A stretch of 64,000 bases of DNA, taken from contig OY970364.1 in NCBI GenBank assembly GCA_963718565.1, positions 96,001-160,000 of the forward strand, written 5' to 3'. Position 1 is the stretch's first letter, and each line of letters begins with the position of its first letter. Source of the stretch: an uncultured Verrucomicrobiae bacterium. GTDB taxonomy: Bacteria; Chlamydiota; Chlamydiia; Chlamydiales; Rhabdochlamydiaceae. Below are positions 30,936 through 40,094 of the stretch, piece by piece. The notes below the pieces were generated by a model. The model worked only from the letters and a program-made list of their open reading frames with translations. It ran no database searches and was not told the origin of the DNA. Position numbers and translations under genes: made by a program.

Positions 30936-31106
30936 GATTTTTGCGAAAAAGTATGGACGCAAAGTCGCCAAGATGTCACTTGTGTTCAATTCAGACTTTT
31001 CTCTTATGGGAATGAAATTTTAATTTGCTTAAATTTTTGTTTTGTTGGTAAGAAAATCACTCACTCAACTTGATCAGGCGCGGCATAACTCCAATAGGAA
31101 AATGAG

Positions 31107-31508
31107 ATGATTTCATTGACGCGTCTATTATTGCTTGCTCAAGTGCAATTTTTTGCAATATCGCTTTCTTACGCAGAAGAACCGGAAGAGAACGTTGTTT
31201 ATCCTTATCCTTTTGTATACGATACGGATGATACTGTTGATGAGGATAAAAGCGACCGTGAATCGAAGCCTGAATCCTCGAAAAAAGAATCCAAGAACGC
31301 ATGGCATGGAAAGCTTGGAGCTGCTGAAGTGACCATTGATGTAGAAAATACCGATTTTATATCCCAACATCAAGCGGAAAGGGAAAGGATTCGGAAAAAA
31401 AATGCACCGGAAAAGGAAAAGAAATCTTCTTCTAAGAAGGACGATGATGACGAAGAAAAGGACCACTCACCCCACGTGAAATTTTCAATAAAATGGGGAG
31501 ATCATTGA
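31107..31508 (+). CDS. Hypothetical exported, highly charged protein
   Basis: Signal-peptide-like start and acidic/basic low complexity; overlaps the start region of the next gene. Confidence 0.6.
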   Translation: MISLTRLLLLAQVQFFAISLSYAEEPEENVVYPYPFVYDTDDTVDEDKSDRESKPESSKKESKNAWHGKLGAAEVTIDVENTDFISQHQAERERIRKKNAPEKEKKSSSKKDDDDEEKDHSPHVKFSIKWGDH

Positions 31509-31513
31509 AGAAA

Positions 31514-33082
31514 ATGGTCTCTTACAAAGAGTTAATCGGCTTCCTTTGGCAGCACGTGCGAGAGCAGAAACGACGATTTTGTATCGTTTTAGTTCAAGAT
31601 GTGTTGAATTGCCTCGACCTGCTTGTATGGCCGTTTCTGCTCAGATCTCCCCAATATTTTAACGAACGGTTTGCAGGAAACCTTGCGAATAAGATTACGG
31701 ATATGACGACAGCAGTTGAAACCATCCTGCAACTGCTTTGGTGGCCCCTGATTCCAGCGGTTGCCCTCTCAATTTTCGGGGCGGTCTTCCTTGGATTTGT
31801 CAGTCCATTTTTGGCTGTGATTTTAATTGTATGGATGGGGATTCACTTGGGAGTCTCTTTATTCTTTAGCAGATCCTGCGACGTTTACGAGCACCGGCAT
31901 GGAGAATCTCGTAGCACTTTGCTTGGAAAAATTGTCGACAGTTTAACCAATAACTTTGCAGTCAATTTGTTTTATCGTTTCAAGTATGAAAGAACCTCCT
32001 TGGCTCCTTTCCAAAATGATGAGCAAGAAACAAGCACTTTTGCCAAAAGGTACGTCGAGAAAATGCGCAGCGTTACCTCGCTTTTCTACGCCACTGTTTG
32101 TTTCGTGGGTATTAATGGATTCATGATCCATCTATGGCTCCACAATCAGATCACTACGGGCGAAGTTGCGCAGGTTTTCGGGACGATGTGGAATATTGCT
32201 ACTACCATGTGGAATGTGGGAGGAACACTCCCGCTCTTTTTCCAATCATTTGGCATGGCAAAACAGGCATATTTGCTCATGCTTGATCCTCAAGATATTC
32301 GAGATCAGCCAGGCGCCAAAGAATTACAGATCAAAACCGGTGAAATCATTTTTGAAAACGTGTCATTCGACTACGGAAAGAAAAAGCTGTTCGAGAACAA
32401 ACATGCTCGCATTCGAGGGGGTGAGAAAGTTGGACTTGTAGGTTTCACAGGTGCCGGCAAATCCACCTTCATTAATCTGATTCTTCGCTTTTTTCCATTA
32501 GACAAAGGCAAAATCCTCATCGATGGCCAAGAAGTCGCAGATGTTACTTTAGAGTCTTTACGGCGCCACATTGCACTCATCCCTCAAGATCCTGTGCTTT
32601 TTCATCGTACTTTGCGAGAAAACATCTCTTATGGAAAGCCGGAGGCAAAGGAATCAGAAATCATCCACGCAGCGAAACTTGCTCACTGTGATGAATTCAT
32701 TCGCAATATTTCTGATGGATATGAAGCAAAAGTTGGAGAAAGAGGAACAAAGCTCTCCGGTGGAGAAAAACAAAGAATCGCCATTGCTAGAGCAATCCTC
32801 GTAGACGCCCCCATTCTCATTTTGGATGAGGCCACCTCATCGCTGGATTCTGTCACGGAAAAATATATCCAGGACAGTTTGGAAAAGCTCATGCAAAACC
32901 GGACAACGATTGTGATTGCACATCGGCTTTCAACCCTTTCCCGTATGGATCGAATTTTGGTTTTTGATCAGGGAAAGATCGTGGAAGAAGGTAATCATAG
33001 TTCCCTGATGAGCAAAGCAGGCTTGTACGCTCGTATGTGGAATATGCAAGTGGGTGGGTTTTTACCAGAGATACCTGCATGA
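31514..33082 (+). CDS. ABC exporter (MsbA/MdlB-like TMD+NBD), probable internal deletion in the TMD
   Basis: GFTGAGKST, LSGGEKQR, ILDEATS. The N-terminal membrane domain is short (WPFLL joins directly to SPQYF). Confidence 0.85.
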   Translation: MVSYKELIGFLWQHVREQKRRFCIVLVQDVLNCLDLLVWPFLLRSPQYFNERFAGNLANKITDMTTAVETILQLLWWPLIPAVALSIFGAVFLGFVSPFLAVILIVWMGIHLGVSLFFSRSCDVYEHRHGESRSTLLGKIVDSLTNNFAVNLFYRFKYERTSLAPFQNDEQETSTFAKRYVEKMRSVTSLFYATVCFVGINGFMIHLWLHNQITTGEVAQVFGTMWNIATTMWNVGGTLPLFFQSFGMAKQAYLLMLDPQDIRDQPGAKELQIKTGEIIFENVSFDYGKKKLFENKHARIRGGEKVGLVGFTGAGKSTFINLILRFFPLDKGKILIDGQEVADVTLESLRRHIALIPQDPVLFHRTLRENISYGKPEAKESEIIHAAKLAHCDEFIRNISDGYEAKVGERGTKLSGGEKQRIAIARAILVDAPILILDEATSSLDSVTEKYIQDSLEKLMQNRTTIVIAHRLSTLSRMDRILVFDQGKIVEEGNHSSLMSKAGLYARMWNMQVGGFLPEIPA

Positions 33083-33869
33083 GATTAGATTGCATCAATA
33101 GTTGTTTGACTCTTGGGATTCTTTGATCGAGGTTTATTTTTTTGTCCCGAATGAGATAGGCGAACGGGTAAAAGTGATGATCTTTTTCAATCCATCCTAC
33201 AAACCAACCATGTTCTAAAGTTTTACCATCTTTTGTAATGTCCGAACCACTCCACCCTGTTTTTCCAAACAGTTTCCATCCTTCAGCCAATTCCTCTTTA
33301 AATACAATGACTTTTGTCATTTGAATGGCATAGTTTGAGATGGGGAGCTTGCCTTGGATCATGTTTTGAATGAAATCAACTTGCTCCTTTGGGGAAATTG
33401 TCAACGAAGAGTTGATCCATGCAGCATGGGTTGTTTCTCCCGGTTGTGCCAACCCCACTGATATGTCCTGATTTCCATATTCAAATGAGGTTAAATAGTT
33501 TTGCATCTTTTCCATACCTAATTTAAGTGTTAAAAGCTTGGAATACCAAACGCAAGAGTGCTTCATCCAAGATTCAGGGGTCAAGGGAGCTCTCCATGAT
33601 TCCAGCCAATCATCATACCCATCTTGAAAATCCCAAACTGGGCTCTTTTCATCCTTTAAAATTTCTGCATCATATCCCATCAAACTTAGAGCAACCTTAA
33701 AAGAAGAACATGGGCTAATCCGTTCGTTAATATGGGGGCCTAGCTCAAGCACGATTTCATCTGTTTCCCCATTGATGAGAAGGAAATTTTCCTCGTTTGA
33801 AAAACTGGACACGCATGGGAAAATGAGTAGAAGGCCAGCAATTAATTTTGAAAATAGGGGATAGCTCAT
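32889..33869 (-). CDS. Class D beta-lactamase (OXA-like)
   Basis: Signal peptide; SPCSSFK (SxxK), SCVW (SxV), YGN, KTG, GWFVGW. The 3' end overlaps the convergent ABC gene. Confidence 0.9.
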   Translation of the reverse strand: MSYPLFSKLIAGLLLIFPCVSSFSNEENFLLINGETDEIVLELGPHINERISPCSSFKVALSLMGYDAEILKDEKSPVWDFQDGYDDWLESWRAPLTPESWMKHSCVWYSKLLTLKLGMEKMQNYLTSFEYGNQDISVGLAQPGETTHAAWINSSLTISPKEQVDFIQNMIQGKLPISNYAIQMTKVIVFKEELAEGWKLFGKTGWSGSDITKDGKTLEHGWFVGWIEKDHHFYPFAYLIRDKKINLDQRIPRVKQLLMQSNLMQVSLVKTHPLAYSTYERTSLLCSSGNYDYLLPRSFPDQKPKFDPYGKGLKADVQSQSLSGFA

Positions 33870-34019
33870 AAAAACCTCATTGGTCTGACATGAATTTTAA
33901 TAAGGAGTGTTTGGGATTAAATTGTGAGTTTCATAGGGAGATATTCTGGTGCAATCTGGTTTAAAATTCACCTAAAAAGTCAGTCGTTGTTGACCGAGTT
34001 ATACTGCGCCTACGTGATT

Positions 34020-35657
34020 TTAATCGTCGCCGAATGTGAAGGCGTAGGCGCGGATGTCTTTAGGTACTTTTAGCGAGAGCAAATGACGGCCATAGGATGT
34101 ATTGATGATTCTGTATTCTCGATCTCCATTGATAGAGATACTGCCGTAGAAATTGCCATCTATAGTGACCTCAAGCGGAATGGGGCTCGATCCTCCCAAA
34201 ACAAGGTAGACGTGCGCAGCTAAGAAATTCAGATCTAGATAGCTTGCGTCGCTTGTTGCTACAATATACTGTCCCTCTACCTGCCACTCGCCTTTTAGTC
34301 CGACCTGATCTTCGCCGAGTGGTTCTGTATAGCGGTAGTCTGCCGATTTGTCTGGCGTGATGCGCATCGGATAGCTGTGGCCCCTGTCGAAGCCCAGGTA
34401 TGTTTCTACAGTAAGGGGTCTACTCAGCCTTGTTGGTTCTTGAATTTCGACCGCAGGGATGTTCAAAAGCTCGCGAATGGCCTTTTCAGTTTCGGCATAG
34501 GCGCCTTCTCCAGAGTGTACCATGCGAATATTGCCTGCCTGATCGATCAGATAGTGCGCTGGCCAATAAGAGTTTTCATAAGCTCTCCATGTGGCATAGT
34601 TGTTATCCATTGCTACGGGATAGGTGATCCCGAATTGAACAGTGGCTTTTTCGACATTATCGTAATTCTTTTCAAACTCAAACTCAGGTGTGTGCACTCC
34701 AATAATCACAAATCCATAATCCTTATAATCGCGATACCAGTTTTTGAGATAAGGAAGGGTTCTAATGCAGTTGATGCAGCTGTATGTCCAGAAATCGATG
34801 AGGACCACTTTTCCGCGTAGTTCTGACAAAGTCAGCCGCGGTGAATTGATCCAAGCGGTAATGCCTGAGAGTTCAGGTGCAGGACCATTTTCAGGTAGCT
34901 CTTTATGCTTGTTGATCTCCCCAAGTTTTTCTTCGACATGGAAGTTTTTTTCGGAAATGATTTCAGGGAAAATTTGTGAGAGTTTCTCATTGATGAGCAT
35001 GTCCCAATTCAGTGTCAGAATAAGTGCAAAGACCACCATTAGAACACCAAATACTTGGCGAATACGTTCGGTATAGCGAGACAAAAATTGCGAAGAGCTC
35101 AAGATTTTGGCGCTCCCATAGGCATAGATGAGCATAATCGCCCCTGCCCCAATGCTGTAGGACACTGTCATCAAGACTGCAGTGAAACTGATCGAACCTG
35201 TGGCAGCAAGTGCTGTGATGGCGCCTAAAATGGGACCTGCGCAAGGCGTCCAAAGTAGGCCCAATGCAGCTCCAAATAGCATCCCTCCTCCAAAACCTTG
35301 CTGGGGTCGCTTGCTTTGGATTTTTTGGCCGAGGCTTGCAATCGGAGTTGTGACTTTTGCAAACCAGTTAGACAGCTTCGGGAAGATCATCACAAGACCA
35401 AAGAAAAATACAAGCGCAATGGCAATATATCGGAGAATGCTCGGAGAGATCCCCGTTTTGTGTACAAGCCAGGAAAGGGCCAGCGTAAAGAATGAAAAGC
35501 TGCAAGTCAGGCCGAGAATAGTGCCTAGTGGTCTGAGGCGCCCTACGGCTACACCTGCTGACAGAATCGCAGGAAGCACGGGCAAGATGCATGGCGAAAG
35601 CGCCGTAAAAATCCCAGCGAGAAAAGAAAATCCAAGCAGCAGAAGCATATTCTGCAT
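34020..35657 (-). CDS. dipZ: Cytochrome c biogenesis protein DipZ (DsbD/CcdA + thioredoxin)
   Basis: SPCILPVLP, WTPCAGPIL, DFWTYSCINC, C-terminal AYAFTFG. Confidence 0.92.
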   Translation of the reverse strand: MQNMLLLLGFSFLAGIFTALSPCILPVLPAILSAGVAVGRLRPLGTILGLTCSFSFFTLALSWLVHKTGISPSILRYIAIALVFFFGLVMIFPKLSNWFAKVTTPIASLGQKIQSKRPQQGFGGGMLFGAALGLLWTPCAGPILGAITALAATGSISFTAVLMTVSYSIGAGAIMLIYAYGSAKILSSSQFLSRYTERIRQVFGVLMVVFALILTLNWDMLINEKLSQIFPEIISEKNFHVEEKLGEINKHKELPENGPAPELSGITAWINSPRLTLSELRGKVVLIDFWTYSCINCIRTLPYLKNWYRDYKDYGFVIIGVHTPEFEFEKNYDNVEKATVQFGITYPVAMDNNYATWRAYENSYWPAHYLIDQAGNIRMVHSGEGAYAETEKAIRELLNIPAVEIQEPTRLSRPLTVETYLGFDRGHSYPMRITPDKSADYRYTEPLGEDQVGLKGEWQVEGQYIVATSDASYLDLNFLAAHVYLVLGGSSPIPLEVTIDGNFYGSISINGDREYRIINTSYGRHLLSLKVPKDIRAYAFTFGDD

Positions 35658-35991
35658 ACTAACCTGAGTTGCAACATTTAAATCCATTGCGATCTTTAGG
35701 CGAGTTGCATAACTGTTGCTTTAGGATGCTGACTAGGAACTTACGCCAGAGATGCTTTGGCCTTTGTTAATTTAAGAAAGGGTCTTGTGGAGGTTTGGAT
35801 CTGAATCAAAATCATATGTCTGTGCCAGAAAAGTTAATTTTAGCAGGGGCAAGTTGTTAAAATAGGAGCATTTTGATAGAGTAATAGTTGTTTGGTTTAT
35901 AAGAACTTATGACGTATGATGTTAATATTCTGGGTCAGAGAATGTTAAATCCATAGAAGGAGGGAGTTAAAATGGTAGAGCCTGTATTCAA

Positions 35992-36195
35992 GTACGTCCT
36001 CAAAAACCTATGGCAAGCACTGAATGTCATTACTCCTCGCCAGCAGAAAATCACAGAGGTCACAGAGGGGGAAATTCGGGCCTAATGCTTGATGGACATC
36101 AATTGCTGCGCCAATGATTTTATCCGTTAAGGTATTTTGGGGTCCCCCTCTGTGACCTCTGTGCTCTCGAGCGAGCTTGCGGAGCGGGTGGTTAA
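35992..36195. repeat. Composite repeat: family C end + family A module + family D inverted pair
   Basis: 35992-36031 matches 51819-51858. 36032-36052 ACTCCTCGCCAGCAGAAAATC is family A. CACAGAGGTCACAGAGGGGG at 36052-36071 has its reverse complement at 36144-36163. Confidence 0.85.
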
Positions 36196-36348
36196 TAAAT
36201 TCATCTAAGCTCCAATAGATCGAAAATGATCCCTGATGCGGCTTTTGAAATTTTTGCCCAGTATCGACATTTCATCCTGTGGAATTATAGGCTGCCTGTC
36301 GTAAGTAAGTCTAAAAGCTACATTAGTGGTCATATGGTCAGGCGCCTC

Positions 36349-37830
36349 TTATTGTGTGTTTCCGATCGTAATCCCAATGTAGGTGTTCGATTCCAAAGTA
36401 GGGGATGCCAAAAGTACGCTAGGCCACAAGGGCTCATCATAAGCATAGGTATAGATTCCTCCGCAGGCATGAAGCGCTGCAGAGTAGAGATCATACCAAG
36501 GTCCGGAAGATTTGCCAAGAACGCTCAAGTTCGGATTAACTTGATAATAGGGCATAAAGCTGGAGAGAGTAGAAAGAGTGGAAGCGTTGATCAGGCTGGT
36601 TGTGGGTACGATTCCTGCGATGATAGCTTCCTCAAAGGCTTTGCTGACCTGGATGCCGTCCGATGCACTTGTCGCTGATGAGACGAGCGATAAGCCGGAA
36701 AGGATATTAAAGCTTGTCGAGGAAGTGTATGGGGGGCCGAGAGTGGGAGGTCCGAAGGTGACCTGGTTGGGTCCTGAAGTGAACAGAATGGAATTATTGC
36801 TCTGGACGGTGCCTGTGTAAGTCGTCCCACCGGGGATCTCGATAGAAAGAGGATTCCTGCGATAGAAGCTTATTGGTCCATACCAAATGTCTGAGAGATA
36901 GCTGTATCCGTAAGCAGACAAATTGTCGAGATAGTTGACGTCGAAATATCCACCTGCCATCCCTTTACCTGTCGAGATGACTCGATAGGTTGTCGAACCG
37001 CTTCCTGCGAGTAACTTCTGCCATTGCGCAGATTCTGCGGCAGGAGGAACTTCCTGAAAGCAGGATTTAACATAAGACAGAATGGTGTTTCGATTTTGCG
37101 TGAGGCCGCAGTTGCTTGCAGATCCTGGACCTGGGGTGGAGAGGTAGATATAGAGGGGGATCGAGAAAAAGCTGACGGCGGTAGCATCGACGTTGACGTT
37201 TGGCGACGTCGAGACATAAGCCCCTTCGACCTGATCCCAAATAATCGCATAATTGTTGTAAGGATCATTGGGATCGTTGAAGGCGGGATCGGCGATTCCC
37301 TCGCTATTGACGGGAATGTTCAACTTGCTGTTCAGAGAGATGATGACAAGAAAACTATCGGTTTCAGGAAGATAGAACTTATATCCGTCTGTTGTCGTAG
37401 GAAAGTAGGTGAGAGGATACGAATAAGTGGATCCGTTGTCGCCGATGGACACCTGATGGAGAGAGCCAACTCCGGACATGTTGAAGTCCACAAAGACCTG
37501 GGGACCGCCAATGGGCACTCTCCCTTGGACGAGAATATAGACTTGAGAAGGGTCAACACCACTGTTGTTGACGATATTGAAGGGAAGCATTCCTGACATC
37601 GAGCCAGGGTTTGAAGGGTTAGGAGGGGGTGTGGCGGAAGGAGCAGGGGGAAGAGAAGGCAGAGGGGTGAGGGATCCGCTTGAGCTAAAGCCTGCCTGGG
37701 CGAGGACTCTATTTTCTTCTAGCAGGATTTCGTCATAAACGACTTCAATGCGGTCCAGGGAAAATGTGTCAGGCGCTGCTTGGAGAAAACTTAAATAGCC
37801 GCAGGAGAGCATCATCCAAAGCTTTTTCAT
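36349..37830 (-). CDS. Secreted beta-1,3-glucanase-like protein (GH64-like)
   Basis: GAGGAG RBS before MKKLW (37830); signal peptide; Pro-rich linker; WDQVE, DATAVSFFSIP and YSAALH..YTYAYDE resemble GH64 motifs. Confidence 0.65.
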   Translation of the reverse strand: MKKLWMMLSCGYLSFLQAAPDTFSLDRIEVVYDEILLEENRVLAQAGFSSSGSLTPLPSLPPAPSATPPPNPSNPGSMSGMLPFNIVNNSGVDPSQVYILVQGRVPIGGPQVFVDFNMSGVGSLHQVSIGDNGSTYSYPLTYFPTTTDGYKFYLPETDSFLVIISLNSKLNIPVNSEGIADPAFNDPNDPYNNYAIIWDQVEGAYVSTSPNVNVDATAVSFFSIPLYIYLSTPGPGSASNCGLTQNRNTILSYVKSCFQEVPPAAESAQWQKLLAGSGSTTYRVISTGKGMAGGYFDVNYLDNLSAYGYSYLSDIWYGPISFYRRNPLSIEIPGGTTYTGTVQSNNSILFTSGPNQVTFGPPTLGPPYTSSTSFNILSGLSLVSSATSASDGIQVSKAFEEAIIAGIVPTTSLINASTLSTLSSFMPYYQVNPNLSVLGKSSGPWYDLYSAALHACGGIYTYAYDEPLWPSVLLASPTLESNTYIGITIGNTQ

Positions 37831-37847
37831 AAAGATCTCCTCAAAAT

Positions 37848-38666
37848 TTAGAAACAATAACCCAGATTCAGATCTACACCCCAGTAGTTGTAGGTGTTTC
37901 CTGGAAGGCCAAGTGGAATGCCCGTTGTCGTTTTTGCGGTAGTATGCCCATCGGTCCAATATTCGTAGAAGGGCTTCAAGATCAGATGGAGCCGTCTATT
38001 TTTGGTCAAAGAGAAATCAAATGGAACATCCACATGGTAGTTGTTAAGAGTGTTTGTGATCTTCCATCGCACTCCACTGATGGGGTGGATCGTCACTGTT
38101 GGAAACGCCTGCGGCATCCACGCGAAGCATGCGCCTAATGTAAACCAGGAGCCAAAGGAGTAATTGGTGATAAAGCCCAGAGGAAAATAAAATTCGTTAT
38201 AGTTAAACCGAATAGAAGAGCTGTCTTTGGGTTTGAATTTTTGTCCGACGTGGCGGATCCCTAGGCCGGAGTAAAGGGTGAGCAGCCAATGGTCTTGCTT
38301 GAAACCGAAAGTATAGCCCATGCGCTCTTGGCCATCGACAAAAATGAGCCAGCGCTTTCCTTCTGAGCCGTGAGTGTCGCCTTCTTTCCAGGAGACCAAA
38401 GCAGCTCCGTAGAAGCGATTGGCAGGCCGATATTCATAGATGCCCTGAGCGCCTCCAAGATTCCCTCTGAATCCTGGATTGCCGTGGGGCTTCAAGTTCA
38501 CATGTGTGTAATCGCCGCCAATTTCCAGGCGGGATTTATATTCTTTGAGTTGTTGGGACGGTTCAGGAGGTGGAGAAGATTCAGGCTGATCGGCCAGGAG
38601 AAATGCTGTAGGTAAAATCACCGAAAGGGACAAAGCAAAGAGTGTCGAGGCGAATTGCGTTGCCAT
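37848..38666 (-). CDS. Outer-membrane beta-barrel protein
   Basis: Signal peptide; alternating aromatic/Gly strands; C-terminal beta-signal VDLNLGYCF. Confidence 0.75.
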   Translation of the reverse strand: MATQFASTLFALSLSVILPTAFLLADQPESSPPPEPSQQLKEYKSRLEIGGDYTHVNLKPHGNPGFRGNLGGAQGIYEYRPANRFYGAALVSWKEGDTHGSEGKRWLIFVDGQERMGYTFGFKQDHWLLTLYSGLGIRHVGQKFKPKDSSSIRFNYNEFYFPLGFITNYSFGSWFTLGACFAWMPQAFPTVTIHPISGVRWKITNTLNNYHVDVPFDFSLTKNRRLHLILKPFYEYWTDGHTTAKTTTGIPLGLPGNTYNYWGVDLNLGYCF

Positions 38667-38781
38667 AATTTTTTCCTGTTTTTTGTCATTACAATCATTC
38701 ATACATTAAATCCAGATTTTTCTTCAAGAATGGAATGTAAGCAAAAAATTACATGGCGTAGGAATTAAAGAATTTTTTGAA

Positions 38782-38810
38782 TTGCCGGAAAGAGGTAACT
38801 TCTGTATAAT
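38782..38810 (+). promoter_or_regulatory. Sigma70/sigma66-type promoter of the leader-ABC operon
   Basis: TTGCCG-N17-TATAAT, followed by hairpin AAGGGTAA-TCT-TTGCCCTT and purine-rich AAGAGAG before ATG 38854. Confidence 0.8.
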
Positions 38811-38853
38811 TGGTTTCAGTTAAAGGGTAATCTTTGCCCTTAAGAGAGATAAT

Positions 38854-38988
38854 ATGAAGCGAGACCTTAACCCTATCTTTTGCCCGCGTCGAGAGCAATT
38901 CTCACGAGTGCAAGCATCTGCTTTTCTTTCTCCATTCATTCTTTTTGTTTCTCATTCTCATCATCGTCACCATCATCATCATTCCTAA
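38854..38988 (+). CDS. His-rich leader peptide (44 aa), candidate attenuator peptide
   Basis: MKRDLNPIFCPRREQFSRVQASAFLSPFILFVSHSHHRHHHHHS*; 8 His in the last 11 codons. Too short for the ORF track. Confidence 0.75.
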   Translation: MKRDLNPIFCPRREQFSRVQASAFLSPFILFVSHSHHRHHHHHS

Positions 38989-39040
38989 TATTTTTTTGTT
39001 CGTTGTTTCTTGGCGACGAATGAATTTTCGGTTTTTTTGT
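38989..39040 (+). promoter_or_regulatory. Candidate attenuator structure (hairpin + U-runs)
   Basis: TTCGTTGT...GCGACGAA stem at 38999-39020, flanked by T7 runs. TGGCGACGA can also pair with the His-codon segment TCGTCACCA. Confidence 0.5.
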
Positions 39041-39118
39041 TAATTTACTGGGTTATTTTGGTGAGTTAAATTTTGTAAATTTTTATTTTTTATCAATTTT
39101 AAAACAAGGATCTGCGTT

Positions 39119-40090
39119 ATGAATAGACTAAAGAGGGAATCGCAAAGCTTCTCGCCGCATAAAATCGCGCTTTTGGCACCTGTCGCCTTGGCGGCGGCTC
39201 TCCTACTTACCCAAGTATGCTTTCGCCGCCGCCAACCGAACCCGCTGTGCGGGTTCTTCCAACAGGTGCCAAAATCATCGATTTCCTGCTGGCGAGGAGT
39301 TTTGCAATTCCCTCTAAATAAATTTTCAAAGATTTTAGGATGTTGTTTTCTCTTTTTTGGAAACCTTGCAGCTGGAGAAACGACACCGCCTGCTGAAACA
39401 TTCACTGTTGGCACGACCTCTGGGTATGCCCCTTACGTGAGCTTGGATAGCAAAGGAGGGTATGAGGGTTTTGACATTGACTTAGCGAAATTGGTGGCAG
39501 AGAAGCTCAATAAAAAACTCGTGATCAAAGATTTGGGAAGCATGCCAAGTCTGATGATTGGGCTCAAACAGAGAAAGGTAGATGCCATCATCTGGGCCGT
39601 CTCGATTACTGAAGAGAGGCAAAAGCAGATGGAAATGGTCTACTATCAGGGGGAGAAAATTACAAGCATGCCCCTGCTGTTCTGGGGTAAAATCCCTGAA
39701 AATGTCAAAGGTCCTGAAGATTTAAAAAATGATCCCAAAAAGATCGTGTGTGTTGAAGCCGGCACTTATCAAGAACAGGTCATGAAAGCTTATCCAGGAT
39801 TAACTCTTAAAAATGTCGATAAAATCACTGATGCGATCATGGAAGTCAAGTTCGGAAAATCCCTTGCTATCGCCATCGATAATTCGTTGGTTTCTTTCGC
39901 AGTGCAGCAGAATCCAGAGCTAAAGGCTCTCTACTTTTCATTGCCCTCTCACCAGCAGTCTTTAGGGAACGGAATTTGCATCAATAAGGATAATCAGGCA
40001 CTTGTGGCTCAGGTCAAAAAAGCTATAGAAGAGCTTACAAGAGAAGGGACAATTCAAGCTTTAGAGAAAAAATGGAACATGGACTCGTAG
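39119..40090 (+). CDS. Polar amino-acid ABC transporter substrate-binding protein (HisJ/ArtJ/GlnH-like) with in-frame repeat insertion
   Basis: VGTTSGYAPY, YEGFDIDLA, SITEERQK, LEKKW (SBP_bac_3 pattern). Residues 5-66 come from a family A element. Confidence 0.9.
   Translation: MNRLKRESQSFSPHKIALLAPVALAAALLLTQVCFRRRQPNPLCGFFQQVPKSSISCWRGVLQFPLNKFSKILGCCFLFFGNLAAGETTPPAETFTVGTTSGYAPYVSLDSKGGYEGFDIDLAKLVAEKLNKKLVIKDLGSMPSLMIGLKQRKVDAIIWAVSITEERQKQMEMVYYQGEKITSMPLLFWGKIPENVKGPEDLKNDPKKIVCVEAGTYQEQVMKAYPGLTLKNVDKITDAIMEVKFGKSLAIAIDNSLVSFAVQQNPELKALYFSLPSHQQSLGNGICINKDNQALVAQVKKAIEELTREGTIQALEKKWNMDS
39132..39315. repeat. Family A palindromic element, complete, inside a CDS
   Basis: TIRs AGAGGGAAT(C/T)GCAAA / TTTGCAATTCCCTCT; inner IR TTTTGGCACCTGT / ACAGGTGCCAAAA. 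Confidence 0.92.
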
Positions 40091-40094
40091 ATTT

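Noticed and set aside
37831..37959. N-terminal extension of the GH64-like ORF (likewise SNF2 42954-43208, tnpB 4705-4773, SWIM 45844-45939)
   Set aside because: The extensions overlap upstream genes; downstream starts with an RBS, signal peptide or translational coupling fit better.
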